The position numbers and the translations under genes are program-made. From Okamejei kenojei (Eukaryota), in contig CM069149.1 in NCBI GenBank assembly GCA_035221665.1, positions 9,796,001 to 9,860,000 on the forward strand: 64,000 nucleotides of DNA. Reading direction: 5' to 3'. Each line of letters begins with the position of its first letter. Position 1 is the first letter of the stretch. Of the stretch, positions 48,876 to 61,711 are shown one piece after another. The notes below the pieces were generated by a model. It was not told the DNA's origin, did not search any database, and saw nothing but the letters and a program-made list of their open reading frames with translations.

Positions 48876-51800
48876 CGCTGTACAAAGGGCACCGGGGGGA
48901 GGGGGGGGCTGGTGTTTCACCCCAGTCTTTCAATTAAACCATTTGTGTAAAGGCAAATTGCAAAACGCATTGCACAATAAAGCAGTGTTGCCGATAACCT
49001 TGGCAATGCACACTTTTTAAAGGTGAACTTCGTTTTTATTGTTGACTGTTTGCCGGTTGGGTGGATAATTTTAACCTGTGCAACGCTCTCCCCCTCTCAC
49101 ACTCACACAGATACACACACTGTGCATTATTGTGCGCTGCTGCTAGTTATATATATATATATATGTATACACGAGCAGAGCATCTTCAGCCCTCCCCAGA
49201 CGCGATGCTCTGCCACTCTACAAGCCGCATGTGCCTTCTCGACCTCCAACAGCCGTGCCCGACTTTGATGTGCGCCGCTCGACGATATGAAGTGAGATCA
49301 ATTACAGAAGAACAACAGTGACAAAGAATTCGCTGCTTTACGTGCAGGCAGTTTCCCACGATCGCCGAGTCAGTTCAGAACAAGGAATTTGGATTTCTCC
49401 CTGTCCTCTGTCTTGTACACAATGGGGAGGGAAGTTGTTGGTGGTGGGGAGAGGAGGGGGGGTGGGGGGGGGGGGGGAAGCAAGAATTTTTTTCCTCTGT
49501 GCCTCGTCGGGGAGAGGAATGAATTACTTTTACAGTAATGTGACAGTCTACGCACTGATCGAAGTGCAGGGAAAATAAAACTCACAAATTAAAACATTGT
49601 GTTTCTTTAAAATAAAGTTTCAAACAGGACACCTATTTTTTTTTTTAAAACGAGGTAGGGTGAAATCTCCCCCACTTGCACACACACACACACACACACA
49701 CATGCGGTCCTCTCATTCGCAGATGCACTTCATTCATAAAAAAGGGCAGTACCAGGACCCCCAAGAAGCTGGCCGCCCGTCGGCTCCCGACTCCACCCCC
49801 TGTAGACTGCATGGCGTCAGCGCTTGAAGCGAATGAAATGATCACGCTCGAGAAAAAAAAAACTAATCAATAGCCATTGCCATAAATGACTGCAGGAAGT
49901 GCTAAATAACACAAGTTCCTAAGAGAAGACCGATTGTACCTCTGGCATGTAATGTTAGGGGATCCGACAATGGATAGTCAGAAATAAGACGGTTGTCCAT
50001 AGCCGCCACATGCATGAGAACATTATTGAGCTCAGTTATGCAAAAGGGATTTCAGAACCTTTAAGTAAATTTGAGTATTGAAATTCCCGTTCACGTTTGC
50101 CTATTTTCACCACTACAAATGTTTCCTTGCAATTGTAAGAGCTTCTCACCTCAGTCACAATACTCGTTTAATTTCTTATATCCGCATTGTGGGGACTGTG
50201 TTTTTGTTCAGAATAGTGATGCTCCTGATTCTATGGCGGTTGGCAGCCGATTACGTTTAATATGACCGAAATTGACAATTCGATTTTAATTTGGGGTATC
50301 TTGGGAGGAGCCGGTGTACCCACAGCTTAAACACATTTACTTGGGCGTGTTAACGAGCGTGATGGTTGCTGGTTCTATTTATGACAGCGATGGTGGATTG
50401 TCCTGTCACATTAAATATGTTTATTTCCTGTCTTTTAGCTCCGTAGGGCCGCCGAGGAAATGTCAGCAAACAGGCGATGCAGCAGTGTAGAGGGTTATAT
50501 GGAGGCATAGCATGCCACACGCATAGTCACTGAAAGGTGCCCCTCCGCTCCCCCCCCCCCCCCCGCCCCCCTTTCCAGGAGAAAGCATTCCCACCCCCTC
50601 CCCAACCCCGCCACCACAGAAAGTTCGCCATTGCTTATCAGTCTTCGAGCTGTGTTCATATTATCTCGTGAAGAACAAAGTGCAAACGCCGTGTATATTT
50701 TTAATAACCCATTTCCTTTATCAAAGTTTTCAACCCTTGTGTTTTTTGTGTTAATGCACAACAAAAGTCACGTTTTTTTTTATCAATCAAGCCTCATTCA
50801 TTCACAAAGTCTTCGCCTCTCAGCTGGCAGTGTAATGGGAACCCCCAAGTCTTCAAAGCACGCTGGTGACCTGGAACAAGCTATACTTAATGGAAGAAAC
50901 AAAGAAAGACGGCACAGTTTATAGCTTTTTTCGCATTTACCATTATTCTACAAATGTATATGTAAACAGAAAACACGATAGGTCGCAAATCTACAGATAA
51001 TTTCGAGGGAGTGTGGTCTGGAAGGCATGGGCACTTTGTTTTTTTTATTTTAAGTTTCAAGTGCGCTTGTTTTCATTTGGAAGAATGCTAGTTTAAAACG
51101 ATTTATTAGATCTGATGGCTAAACAACCCGAGGGATGAACAAAAGAAACCAGCCATACATACATCGATTTACACAAAGCACAATGGGACATTCTAGAATC
51201 ATAAACCAAGAATGAGGGAGGGGGGACCCGGGAACGTGTAAAAGAAAATTGTCGCTCAGATAGAATTTGTAACTCTGAACTTTTTGTTTGCACTGTCAAC
51301 CACCTTGTTTGTTCGTAAACAAACCCATGTTGAACACTCACTCGCTTTGCCAAACACTTGATTCAGTTTGCTGTATTGCCTCTTTCATTGTTATGCAGAC
51401 CGTTTAATTTATACGCAAGACCATTTCCTTTTAAGAGCAAATTCGTTTCATTAAATTTCTCCCCTATCGCCTATCATTCAGTGCACCCTGTTCGATTCAG
51501 ATTATCCTTCCATAGTATGTATCCTTTAAACAAAAAATAATGTCATTTCGCCGTGGGTTGGTGCGAAATTGACAGCAATGCGGAACAACGTAATTTTAAA
51601 TATGCTAACTTTACCATGCCATTTTATTATTGATGAGCGTTTTATATACTTGCATATTTCTGATTTGAATTAGACACGCAAAATCGCAATCTGAAGCAAA
51701 TACTGCCACTTTGCAGAATCAAATGTATGTTAAAACCATCAAGGACCATAATACGCAATTGCTTCAATGCGCCTCGGTTTCCTTTGCAGAAAATGGCTCC

Positions 51801-54800
51801 ACGTGGTATGTTTTTAAAATCATAATATATTGCTACAAAGAAATTTTTCCAGAGTCCCTGGAGGGAAGGCTGTGGACAAAAACCTCAGTATGTCTAATAA
51901 TGCTCTTGTTGTTTTGAGAGTTTCAGTTTCTTAATCATCTATTCGGAACTTTGTGGAGAGAAAGAGGAAAAAGACTCCAGCGGCGACAGTTTTTTTTTGT
52001 TAAAGAGGGGGTGCGATTTGTGAATGTGAAATTGATTGGAGAAATACCCCCCGAAAAATGAATTGTTAACCCACAATGCCGCTTTTAATTAGATGCGCAC
52101 CTCGAAAGATTTTCGAGTTTTATATTTTTACCAAAAAAAATCACCCTCTACAACAGTTTACCTATATGCTTGCCTTTAGGTGTAGATTTTTGTGCCGCTA
52201 CGCACATCATCTTAAGCAGCAAAATCTGCCCTTTATAATTAGCCATAGTAGTAAGGTCAGTTGCATTTAAGTGAATATTTATGTTAACTGAATAGAAATT
52301 GGGGAAGCCGGTTTTTTGGCCCAAGCTTGTTTTTTTTAACAAGTCAATTGAATTCCTTTATTTCAAACAAAGTATGCATTGTCATAATTCTGAAATTTAG
52401 AAAAATAAAATAATAGTAGAATAAATGTTTCCTGTTTTATAAATCTATTGCTATCAAGCATGTAGCAGAATAATTGCATTGGAGCACGGTTTTAACGTGC
52501 ATTTCTCCTGTGTAAATAAATTGCCCATAGGAAGACAGAGTCGTTTTCTTCATAGACTGATTCTCTGTTCCCTGTATGTGCTGCATTTGGCTTTGTGTCA
52601 ATTTTAAGTTATGGATGCCAATGGTGCAAACATATTATTTCATAATTGGTTAGGAGTGCAAGTTCACTTTGGTGAATGGTGTGTATGATCAGAACAGACA
52701 CACTACAATATACCAACAAGAATGTAAAAAACTTGGTGTAACAAAAAGCTCACAATCTCCAGTCAATTTTCAGGGTGAAAGATGTGTGGTAAGATGTTAA
52801 TTTGATTTCATTTGATGCTATCTGGTTTGAGCTCATAATCAATGGGAACATGTTTCCAAATGTAGCATTGCATCGAGGATGATCGACTTGACAATAACCG
52901 CATGTCATTTTGTACTGTAAATGAAAAGAGAGAAAGATGTTTCATAAGTGTTGCACTTTTTCCTATACTGGCTTGTTAAACTAAATTCTAGGACAGTTAT
53001 ACTGCTACCCTATTGTTTAATAGACATGAAAGTTATGGATAATCAATAACTTTCTTGACAAAACAGGTAAATGGCTGTTATTTCATTCAATTCTCTCCAA
53101 AGCCTGTGGTCTACTTCTGTTTACCTACTCCAGCTGCTGACTTAGGCTGAACCTAAGGAAACACTTTTAAATTGACTTGTTACACACCTTCAACCTCACA
53201 TCCTCTCCAATACCAAAACTACAAATGTCCCTCTCAACATTATCAATTACCCTAATTTACTTTCTTCGTAATGTCATTGGAATTCTCATCAAACCGCAAC
53301 TTCCAGTTATGTCTACCGATGAGTTATCAAAATCATCTTGCGTTGTTCACAGAAAAAAATGTTTCTAGGCAGCATCAGCAGATATGAAGGCAGTTGACCA
53401 AAATCCTTGTCATAAAGTTAAGTTTTAAAGAGCTTTCTAAAAAGGGTACAATAAATAGTATGGCAAGATAATTTTGAGAAGGGTTTCCAACAATTAGGGT
53501 TAAAGTAATCGAGGAGCATGGTGGATAGTTATATTTGTGGATGTCTCAAAATATCAGAACTGTATGTGTGCAGATACAGTATGATATGGAAGGAAGGAAG
53601 GAAGACATAACAGAGAAGGAATGGAGCAAGGCACAGGAGGTATTTGGAAACAAGGATAATAATTTTAATACTGAGAGCGCGCTCATTGATATCCCCATTT
53701 AAATACAGGTTTAATTTTATTGGGATTTCTCAGGATTCATTGTATACAAATCCAAACTCCACCTAAAGTAAACCATCTTCACAACATTCCACTTATTTGG
53801 GTACATCGATTGCAAGCTTCTCAGTATTTACAATTTTTTTCAATGTATCAGTGCAGCCTGCCTTTGTAACTTCTTGGCATGTATTCTACTTTGCTTTTCT
53901 ATCTCTTGTCTAAAATGCTTCTTCCTCAATTCCATCGTGAGCAATTGGTGTTGCACCTCTAAATTGTCTTCTTAAAATCATCTTGCAGTATGTAGCCCTC
54001 CTGATTTTCAAACACCTGCAAACAAAACTCTTTGGTCATGGATTTCCTCACCTCCTTCATTTCTTCTTTCAACTTGTAGTTAAGTTGTTTTCATCCTCCT
54101 GACCTTCATCCTGAAGCATCTTGGATTTTAAGGAACAACACTTTGCGGGGTTTATGTAATGAAAATGTAGAACTTGTTACATTTACTTGCTAATACAACT
54201 GCAGACCTCAGGGCTTAGAACTGCAAGCATATTTTGTGTACTAAATTGTTTCCCATTTGTCTACAGAGAGCAATTTTGTGGATCATTTCTCCCATTATTT
54301 TGAAACTATATTGGTTTTAAGGAACAAAATCAATGAAGCAAAGAGAAACAGTGAAAAGCATTTGACCACATTTTCAGATATCTTAAAAAAAAACAAACAT
54401 CACAAGTTGATAACTTATTTAATAAGATTCTTTTACATAGACAAACATGATTTGTGAGGAAACAACTCTGAAAGAATATTGGAGTCTGTTTGACAAGAAT
54501 GATGCAATTGGCGAGTTTTAGTCCCTATCCACGTTGACTTTCTAAAGTGTGATTCAATTGGATGGACTTTACGTGGGAACAATCTTTTTACACGGATATT
54601 ATCAATTAGTACATTCACAGGACGCTTGGTCATAGATTCTTCAGTTTATTTGCAATGTTTCTTGGTTAATTACATCAAAACATTTGCTCTGAATTTTTTA
54701 ATTATTTTTACTGTTTGATAAAATTGATAAAAAATCAAACTGTCAGATAAGACATGTATACATTTCTTTAAAAACAGGAAAGTTTGTGACTCCTTTATTC

Positions 54801-55297
54801 AATCTTTCATTTCAAAATTTTTGTTTCATAAACAATTGGAAGCCTTTGCAAGCAATACAGTCTATTCTTCCATTTTCTTCCCACAGTTATCGTCATGACT
54901 GTTTTTCCGCTAAAATATTTCTCCAAACTTGTTAATTTTAATGAAGATTTTTTGAACAATGATTTGTAAATCTGCAATAAAGTCAGAGCCACTGAACAAT
55001 CCAGAAGCAAATATAGTGCTTCAGTCTTAAAATAATTCCATTGTCGTAACTGCTAAATTTAATGGTACAATTGAAACGATTACAGGGCAACATCAAAATA
55101 CAGCAATAAGGAAGGTAAAAGTATGATTTGAAGATGCTACTCTTTAAAAATGTCCACAGTTCGGGGGCTGGTGTTAAATATGAGACGAGGAAAAGCAAAT
55201 CAATAAAAGCATTCTGCTTCTAGCTAAGTATTTTTAAACATCAGTAAATAATGACTGCGGGAAAGGCACCCATTTTTGGTTTCTTTTGCCTCCACTT

Positions 55298-55377
55298 CTG
55301 AAGAAGGGTTTCGACCCGAAACGTCACCCAGAGATGCTGCCTGTCCTGCTGAGTTACTCCAGTATTTTGTGTGTATA
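55298..55377 (+). mobile_element. Minimal Penelope-derived element with intact hammerhead core, 10-bp TSD
   Basis: CTGAAGA-A-GGGT-TTCG-ACCC-GAAAC-GTC at 55298-55325. TSD tccacttctg at 55291-55300 / 55378-55387. Confidence 0.85.
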
Positions 55378-56894
55378 TCCACTTCTGTGGAGTTATATTA
55401 AAATATCTGTTGAGCTATATTCCCTTAAATCTGAAGCATCACAGTGATGAGATAGAAAATTCTTTAAGAAAACTCTGTGCCTTCTATAATAGCAATTATC
55501 TGTTTCTTCAACTGTTAATTGCATACTAGCTGTGAAAAAGGTTTTTTTTGCAAGAGTAACATGCACTCAAATAACATAATAAAGCCTGATGTGTTTCTTT
55601 GGTTGTGCTGTACATGTAGGGAATGATACTCATTGCCTTCAACAATGAATGCTAATTGGTGACAATCTATTTAACAGATTGTGTTTGATATGACTGAGTC
55701 TATATCGCTGACATACCACACTTCACTGATAAGGCACAATCTATTAGACTGATACCCACATCTTATCTGTATACTGGTGCAAATTATGTACCTTCTGGAT
55801 CATCCTATTTCCTGTCTGTGATGGGAAGTGACAGCAAGCTAGAATGTCTTTTCGGTCAAACACAAATAAAGTTAAATGGATTAAGCAGAACACTGCCTCT
55901 GTTTTGAAACAGCAAAATTATACCAGTTGGGTGGATGAATTAAAGAAACAGTAGAAATAACTTTCAAACTATCACCATCTAATTATATTCTGAAATAAAT
56001 ATTTTTAGTTAATAGACTATTAATAAATGGTGTTAAAATTATATTTTCTGTCAATGAACAATCGAAAAGTGCAGAATTTATACTTGTGCACTGACTCCAT
56101 AGAGTTCGAGTGCACTTCTACTGCACAGTTCATGTCAGTGACAAGTAATTTTATGTTCACTCAACACAAAGATGTCAGATTCTAACTGCAAGTGATGTGA
56201 AATCCCTGCTGGGAGCTGGCTACAATATAACATAGGTTACACTTGTGTCATAAATAAAACAGTGTGAAACAGATAACATTTCTCTGTATATTTGGAAGTA
56301 TTGGGGTGGATATATAAGTTACCAGTTCTGAACATTGTTGTATCATTATGTTATAGTCAATTTTATTCCACATTTATGAAAACGCATTCCTCAATAATCC
56401 AGTGGAAAATACTAACGTTATAATTCGGCACTTTATATGATGTGGATGCTGCAATATGAGGCCAGTATTGCTCTGGATGGGATCGACTAACCCACTCCAA
56501 ATTTGGTGGTGCGGGTGGGGAGGGAATCACTCTGCACTTTTCATCACTTGGGACATCTGGTCTCCATGTCACCTCCTTCCCTCCACCTTCCCTCTACTTT
56601 GACATTCCTGATCTTTTCCATCTGCCTCCCCAAACCCAGAACCAAGACTCTGCTGTTTCTGCAGCGTATCCTCTCAACTAAATCAGCCACATCCCTGAAT
56701 GAAAGTTATGGACTGCAGTGTACCGAAGAACATGCCTTGAAATAATATATATATATGACGTGGTTTAATGGTAGCTTTAGATATTAAAAAGAAAAACTTT
56801 ATTCCATGTAACCTGTAACACCATCCAGTGAAGGAATATACCTCTTGCCATTTGCAAATTATTGCAGCTGCTAAATGTGAAAGTGTGAATAATA

Positions 56895-57233
56895 TACTTC
56901 TAGATGCGCTGGGACGCATCCTCAGTGATGTGTCCTGGGGTCATCGGGTGTTTCGGGTCTCACAACATCAGACACCCTCGCCCAGGCGACCCAGCCGGGG
57001 TTGATCAGGCCCCGACTTGCGTCCCAGCAGCAACCGCCCACGGATCAGCCATCTTAATAACCACTCTGCAGGGGTTGGTAGATTCTAGTGTGTGGGGGGA
57101 CTGGGCTCTGTGGGCTGAGTCCTGGCCGGGCTCCTCCTGCGTCTCACCAGGTTCAAGGCCTGTGCGCTGCTCCTCTTTCTCCTTCTCCGAGCATTTCATT
57201 CTCGCCTGATGGATTTTTAGCCTGATAACACTT
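56895..57233 (-). mobile_element. Internally deleted Hero-like LINE (N-terminal piece fused to C-terminus and 3' UTR)
   Basis: Minus strand LKIHQARMKC...PGETQEEPG joined in frame to IKMADPWAVAAGTQVGA*, then 3' UTR gatcaaccccggctgggtcgcctgggcgagggtgt...gaaacacccgatgaccccagg. Family assigned from recalled motifs. Confidence 0.7.
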
Positions 57234-57639
57234 TGATAAAACTTTTCTGAGTAAGAAATTTTTGCTAATTAGCAAACTGCAAGCTCCCAAACATAACAAT
57301 TTAATAATGACCAGATAATCTGCCTTGTGATTAAAAAATACAGAAAACACCGGCACACGTAGGTTAAGACGCAATTATGGAAAAACAGAGTTAACATTTC
57401 ATGCAAAAGATTCTTTGCAATGGTGATTGTGGGATAAATATTAGCCAGGACACTGGGAGTAAGTAAATATAAGAAAGTTCATAACTAATTTCAAAACATT
57501 TTTTATATATACTACAATGAATTTCTATCATTTGACATTGTTCTAAATTAGTTATTCATTCTCTTAATTCTTTGAATTCAACATTTAGTCTGTTCTGGCA
57601 TGGCAACTATGATATGTTGAATCTGTCGAGGTTTTGATG

Positions 57640-58090
57640 CCTCATTCTAAGTCAGTCCCTCAGAAGGAAGGTTGACTTGTTTTCCCATCGAATCTGTGGG
57701 ATCTGAGACAGACAATGAATGCCGTGTAAGATGCACAGTCCGTGCACGCCGGTTGATGTTTGTGTTTTGGTTCCACATTCACCCATCGTTGGGACTCCAG
57801 AGCTCAGTGCTCTCCCGTATATTCCTTCTGCACCTTGAGAATTATGTGGCAGTGATTCCCATGAGATGGGGAGAATGCTAAATGTTTTCGAGAGAATGTC
57901 TTTCAAGCCTTTTGTCAATGTCCTGGAAATGTCTTATCATGACAGAGCTTGGAGCCAGGAGTTTGCTTCAGGAGCTGGGAGTCAGCCGTGCAGACATATT
58001 GACTTCCTCATTGGAGTTGGTTGAACGTGATCACAACCCAGAAGCTGGGAATGTTGGCCAGGGAGAGATCGAATTGGCTGCAAAACCTCC
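57640..58090 (-). mobile_element. RTE-clade LINE 3' fragment, degenerate
   Basis: Minus strand KGLKDILSKT...ISWESLPHN resembles the RTE C-terminal KRFKDTLK...WESLAHDR motif. Confidence 0.6.
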
Positions 58091-58231
58091 TTTTCAATAA
58101 CCAACAGCACAGGAGCACGTCAAGGCTGTGTGCTCAGCCCCCTGCTCTACTCGCTCTATATCCATGACTTCATAGCCCGACACAGTTCCAACTCCATCTC
58201 TAAATTCACCGACAATTCCACCCTGTTGCTA

Positions 58232-58547
58232 TTTAGTTTAGTTTAGAGATACAACATGGAAACAGGCCCTTCGGCCCACTGGGTCCGCGTCAACCAGCGA
58301 TCCCCGCACATTAACACTGTGCTCCACCCACTAGGGACAATTTTTACATTTGCCAAGCCAATAAACCTACAAACCTGTACGTCTTTGGAGTGTGGGAGGA
58401 AACCGAAGATCTCGGAGAAAACCCACGCAGGTCACGGGGAGAACGTTCAAACTGCATACAGACAGCGCCCGTAGTCGGGATCGAACCCGGATCTCCGGCG
58501 CTGCATTCGCTGTAAGGCAGCAACTCTACCGCTGCGCCACCGTGGCC
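58232..58547 (-). mobile_element. HE1-like tRNA-derived V-SINE, near full length
   Basis: tRNA-like head ggccacggtggcgcagcggtagag...gggttcgatcccg, V-domain, and CR1-type tail ending in (ctaaa)n. Confidence 0.88.
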
Positions 58548-59368
58548 GGTGATGATGATGAGTCAGAGTATAGGGTATAGGAGGGAGATCGATTGTCTTA
58601 TCCAATGGTGCCAGAGCAATATCCTTGCTCTCAATGTTAGTAAAACTAAGGAACTGATCGTTGATTTTAGAAGAGGAAGTCAGAGGATCCACAAACCCAT
58701 CTTCATCGATGGGTCAGTGGTGGAGAGAGTGACAAATTTAAAGTTACTGGGCGTGCATATCTCTGACGATCAGTCCAGAACCCAGCATATTGATGCATTC
58801 ATAAGGAAAGCCCATCAACGCTTCTACTGCCTTTGGAGATTGAATTGATGATATTTGGTATGTCAACGAGTACGTTCTTGAACTGCTACAGTGTACGGTA
58901 GAGACCATAGGGCCTGGAACAAATGCCCAGGAACAAAGCCTATTGCAAAAGGTGGTGAACACAGCTTGGTCAATCACAGGTACTGACCACTCCACCATCA
59001 AACTGACCTATAGGATGCACAGTCTCGAAAAGGCAGTCAGCATTCCTGGGGACCCCACACCACCCTGACCACACTCCAATTTCACTCATGCCATTGGGAA
59101 TAAGGTATGGGAGCCTGAAAAATTGGAACATCCAGGTTCAGGAGCAGCTTCTTCCCAACAACCATCAGGCTATTGAACAATAAGAACTCCTACTAAACTC
59201 CGAACTGTGAACAGCCTTCATTGCACTGGGGACTTGAGGGTTTTGTTTTTGTCTTTGCACTATATTGGTTGTTTGTTTTTATATATTGAACTTTTCATTG
59301 TTTGATATGGTGTGTATTGAGTACTATGTACTATCTATAGTGCTACTGTAAAGTAAGATTTTAATTGT

Positions 59369-59850
59369 ATAGGATATATAGTCTGCAAGAAGTGATCCGT
59401 TTTATACCTGGGTAATATAACTACAGTGGTGCTGAAGGGAGACCATTACTTGGTTAAAATCCTACTCACAGCTGGCAGAAAGGCCATTACAAGAAACTGG
59501 CTTGCAGCGGACACACCCAGACTTAGACAATGGTTAGACATAGTACAGGAAATATTTGTCATGGAGAAAATGACATATTCTCTAAGTGAAAGAAGACGAG
59601 TTCAACAGAAAATGGGAAAAATGGATTAGGTATAGAAATAAAGACATCAACACTGTATAATTTTATAGACAATAATGTAAGTTATTAGAAAATGTTTTAA
59701 TATGAAAATAGTTCTGTATACTGCATCATTAATTGTAAACTGAACCCCCCGCTACACTGTTGTACGTTTCACTGTAATGTTGTATGTTTCGTTGTTATAT
59801 TTGTGTTTTATTTGTGTATACATAAAAGCAATAAAAACTAAAGTGGAAAA
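59369..59850 (+). mobile_element. L1/Tx1-group LINE 3' end with 14-bp TSD
   Basis: Peptide ILLTAGRKAITRNW...QWLDIVQEIFVMEKMTY, AATAAA and A-rich tail. TSD aagattttaattgt at 59355-59368 / 59851-59864. Confidence 0.85.
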
Positions 59851-60159
59851 AAGATTTTAATTGTTCCATTTCAAGACATATGACAATAAAACACTCTTAA
59901 TTCTCTTGACACTGGTACTCATTCAAAAACCCAGTTAATGGATTTGGAGGATTATGAGTCGAAATCCTTCTTCAGACTGGAGATATTGCTTGACCTAGTT
60001 TCTACGGGGAATAGATCTGAAGCAGATGTGTTGGTTCATGTCCTGTATATCTTGGTGTAGCAGATGCAAAATGATAGAGTGTTTTTGAGATCACGTTCTA
60101 TGAGGAGAATTGACTTTATAAATCTCATGCATTTTGGTCGTGGCGTTGGTTTGATTATT

Positions 60160-60500
60160 GTCACGTACTGAGATAAAGTGGAAAACTTTGTCTTTCCATG
60201 CTATCCCATCAGATCATACCAATCCAAAAAGAAAAATAACCAGAGTGCAGAATATAGACCTTCATGGTGTTGCAGCTAGAGCAAAAGTGGAGAGTTTTTT
60301 AAAGTGTAAGGACGGTAATGAGGTAGGTTTGGGAGATTGGGACTACACCCTTAGCTTATGAGAAGTCTATTCAGTAGTCTGATTGCAGCTGGGAAGAAGC
60401 TGTTTTTGAATCTGGTCATACATGTTTACAAACGTTTGGATCTTCTGCATTATGGGAGAGGGGAGAAAACGAATGATCAGTGTCCTTGACCATGTTTTCA
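60160..60500 (-). mobile_element. Rex1/Babar 3' fragment
   Basis: ttcagtagtctgattgcagctgggaagaagctgtttttgaatctgg. Confidence 0.7.
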
Positions 60501-61149
60501 TGCTCTTCCATATATAAAAAAACTATATGTTTGTGCACAACTACATACCGACATTTACTCCCTGCTGCCACACTCCACATGTTATGTTCATTGTTTCAGG
60601 ATATAAATTCCTGGGTCCACATTTATAATGAAAGGGCATATGTAAGCCTATCATGAAGTTACTGAAACCTCCCACCAACATTCAGCTGTTCTGCAATGTA
60701 CTATTTTCCAAACCATTTGTCCAGTAAATTTAATACTATTTGGCAAAAAGTTAAAGGACACATTTTTAACCTTTTATTGAGGTAAAGTTCACATGGAGAC
60801 CTTTTCATAAATAGACTGCATTTGTGCAAGTGACTGAAAATTAATAGATCAGAATGATTAGGCTCTTGTAAATTTTGTTTTGAGTTCCATCTAAGAAAAA
60901 TCATATTATTCTGTCAACAATTAGAAATAATAAGATAATTATTCACACCTGTAAGACAGGATGAGGCATTTGGAAATATAAACATTCAATTTCTGACAGC
61001 TGTCTGAGTCAGAAAGAAAGGCAGACCAATGTTTTGCACTTTTAGATTTCAATTATTTGCAAAAATGTCAGTCGTTGTGCTGCCGTCACAGCCAAAGCCT
61101 CATGGCAAAATTGGAAAGAAAAGTATTTTGGAGTAAAATAAGTTTAGGT

Positions 61150-61710
61150 TACGAACATACAAACCAGGAACAAGGGTAGGCCACTTGGACTCTTGAATCT
61201 GCTCCGTCATTTAACAAGATCATGGCTGATGTGATCATATTCCCATATCCCCATGGTAACCCTTCAACCCTTGTTTATCAAAAATCTTTCTGCTCCAGAT
61301 TTGAAAAATATTCAAGATCTCTATTTCCGCTCCCCTTTGAGGACGGCAGCTCCAAATACTTACAAACCTCCAAGAGAACAAATTTCACCCCATGTATTTT
61401 AAATTAATGACCCTTTATTTTTAACCCCCCCTTGCCCCTTGTATGATGTTCTCTCAGGAACCATTCTGTCCACTTATATCAAGCGCATTTCAGTCAAGTC
61501 ACTGTTCACACTTCTACATATCAATGGTTACGTGTGAAATGTGGCCAGAGTAAGACAACCTCCAAGGTATTATTGTAGTAAAACCCTCTGCGAACTGCTT
61601 GCAATAACATTAGCATTCTTCCTGCAATGGAGGGACCAATAATATACATGATATTCTAGATGGGGTTTCACAAATGCCTTGTATAACTGAAGCAGAACTT
61701 TCCAAATTTT
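61150..61710 (-). mobile_element. CR1 fragment, 5' side abutting the Penelope element
   Basis: Minus strand VLLQLYKAFVKPHLEYHVYYWSLH, plus CR1-type 3' tail at ~61150-61240. Confidence 0.75.
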
Positions 61711-61711
61711 A

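Larger units (their letters stand above)
47040..50600. promoter_or_regulatory. CpG-enriched, transposon-poor region around HMGA2 exon 1
   Basis: Visibly higher GC and CpG than the AT-rich background, with G/C runs. No recognisable TE. Confidence 0.7.
58094..59910 (+). mobile_element. Rex1/Babar LINE fragment interrupted by a SINE and an L1
   Basis: QGCVLSPLLYSLY, WCQSNILALNVSKTKELIVDFRR and RFRSSFFPTTIRLLN motifs; tail tgacaataaaacactct. Confidence 0.9.

Noticed and set aside
48430-49020. 196-aa plus-strand ORF over the HMGA2 promoter
   Set aside because: Low-complexity G/R/E translation of purine tracts, no domain; expected by chance in GC-rich DNA.
56935-56985. Hammerhead-like CTGATG...GAAAC in the Hero 3' UTR (minus strand)
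   Set aside because: Core is CTGATGT rather than CTGANGA, stem II does not pair, and there is no NUH site in hammerhead topology.
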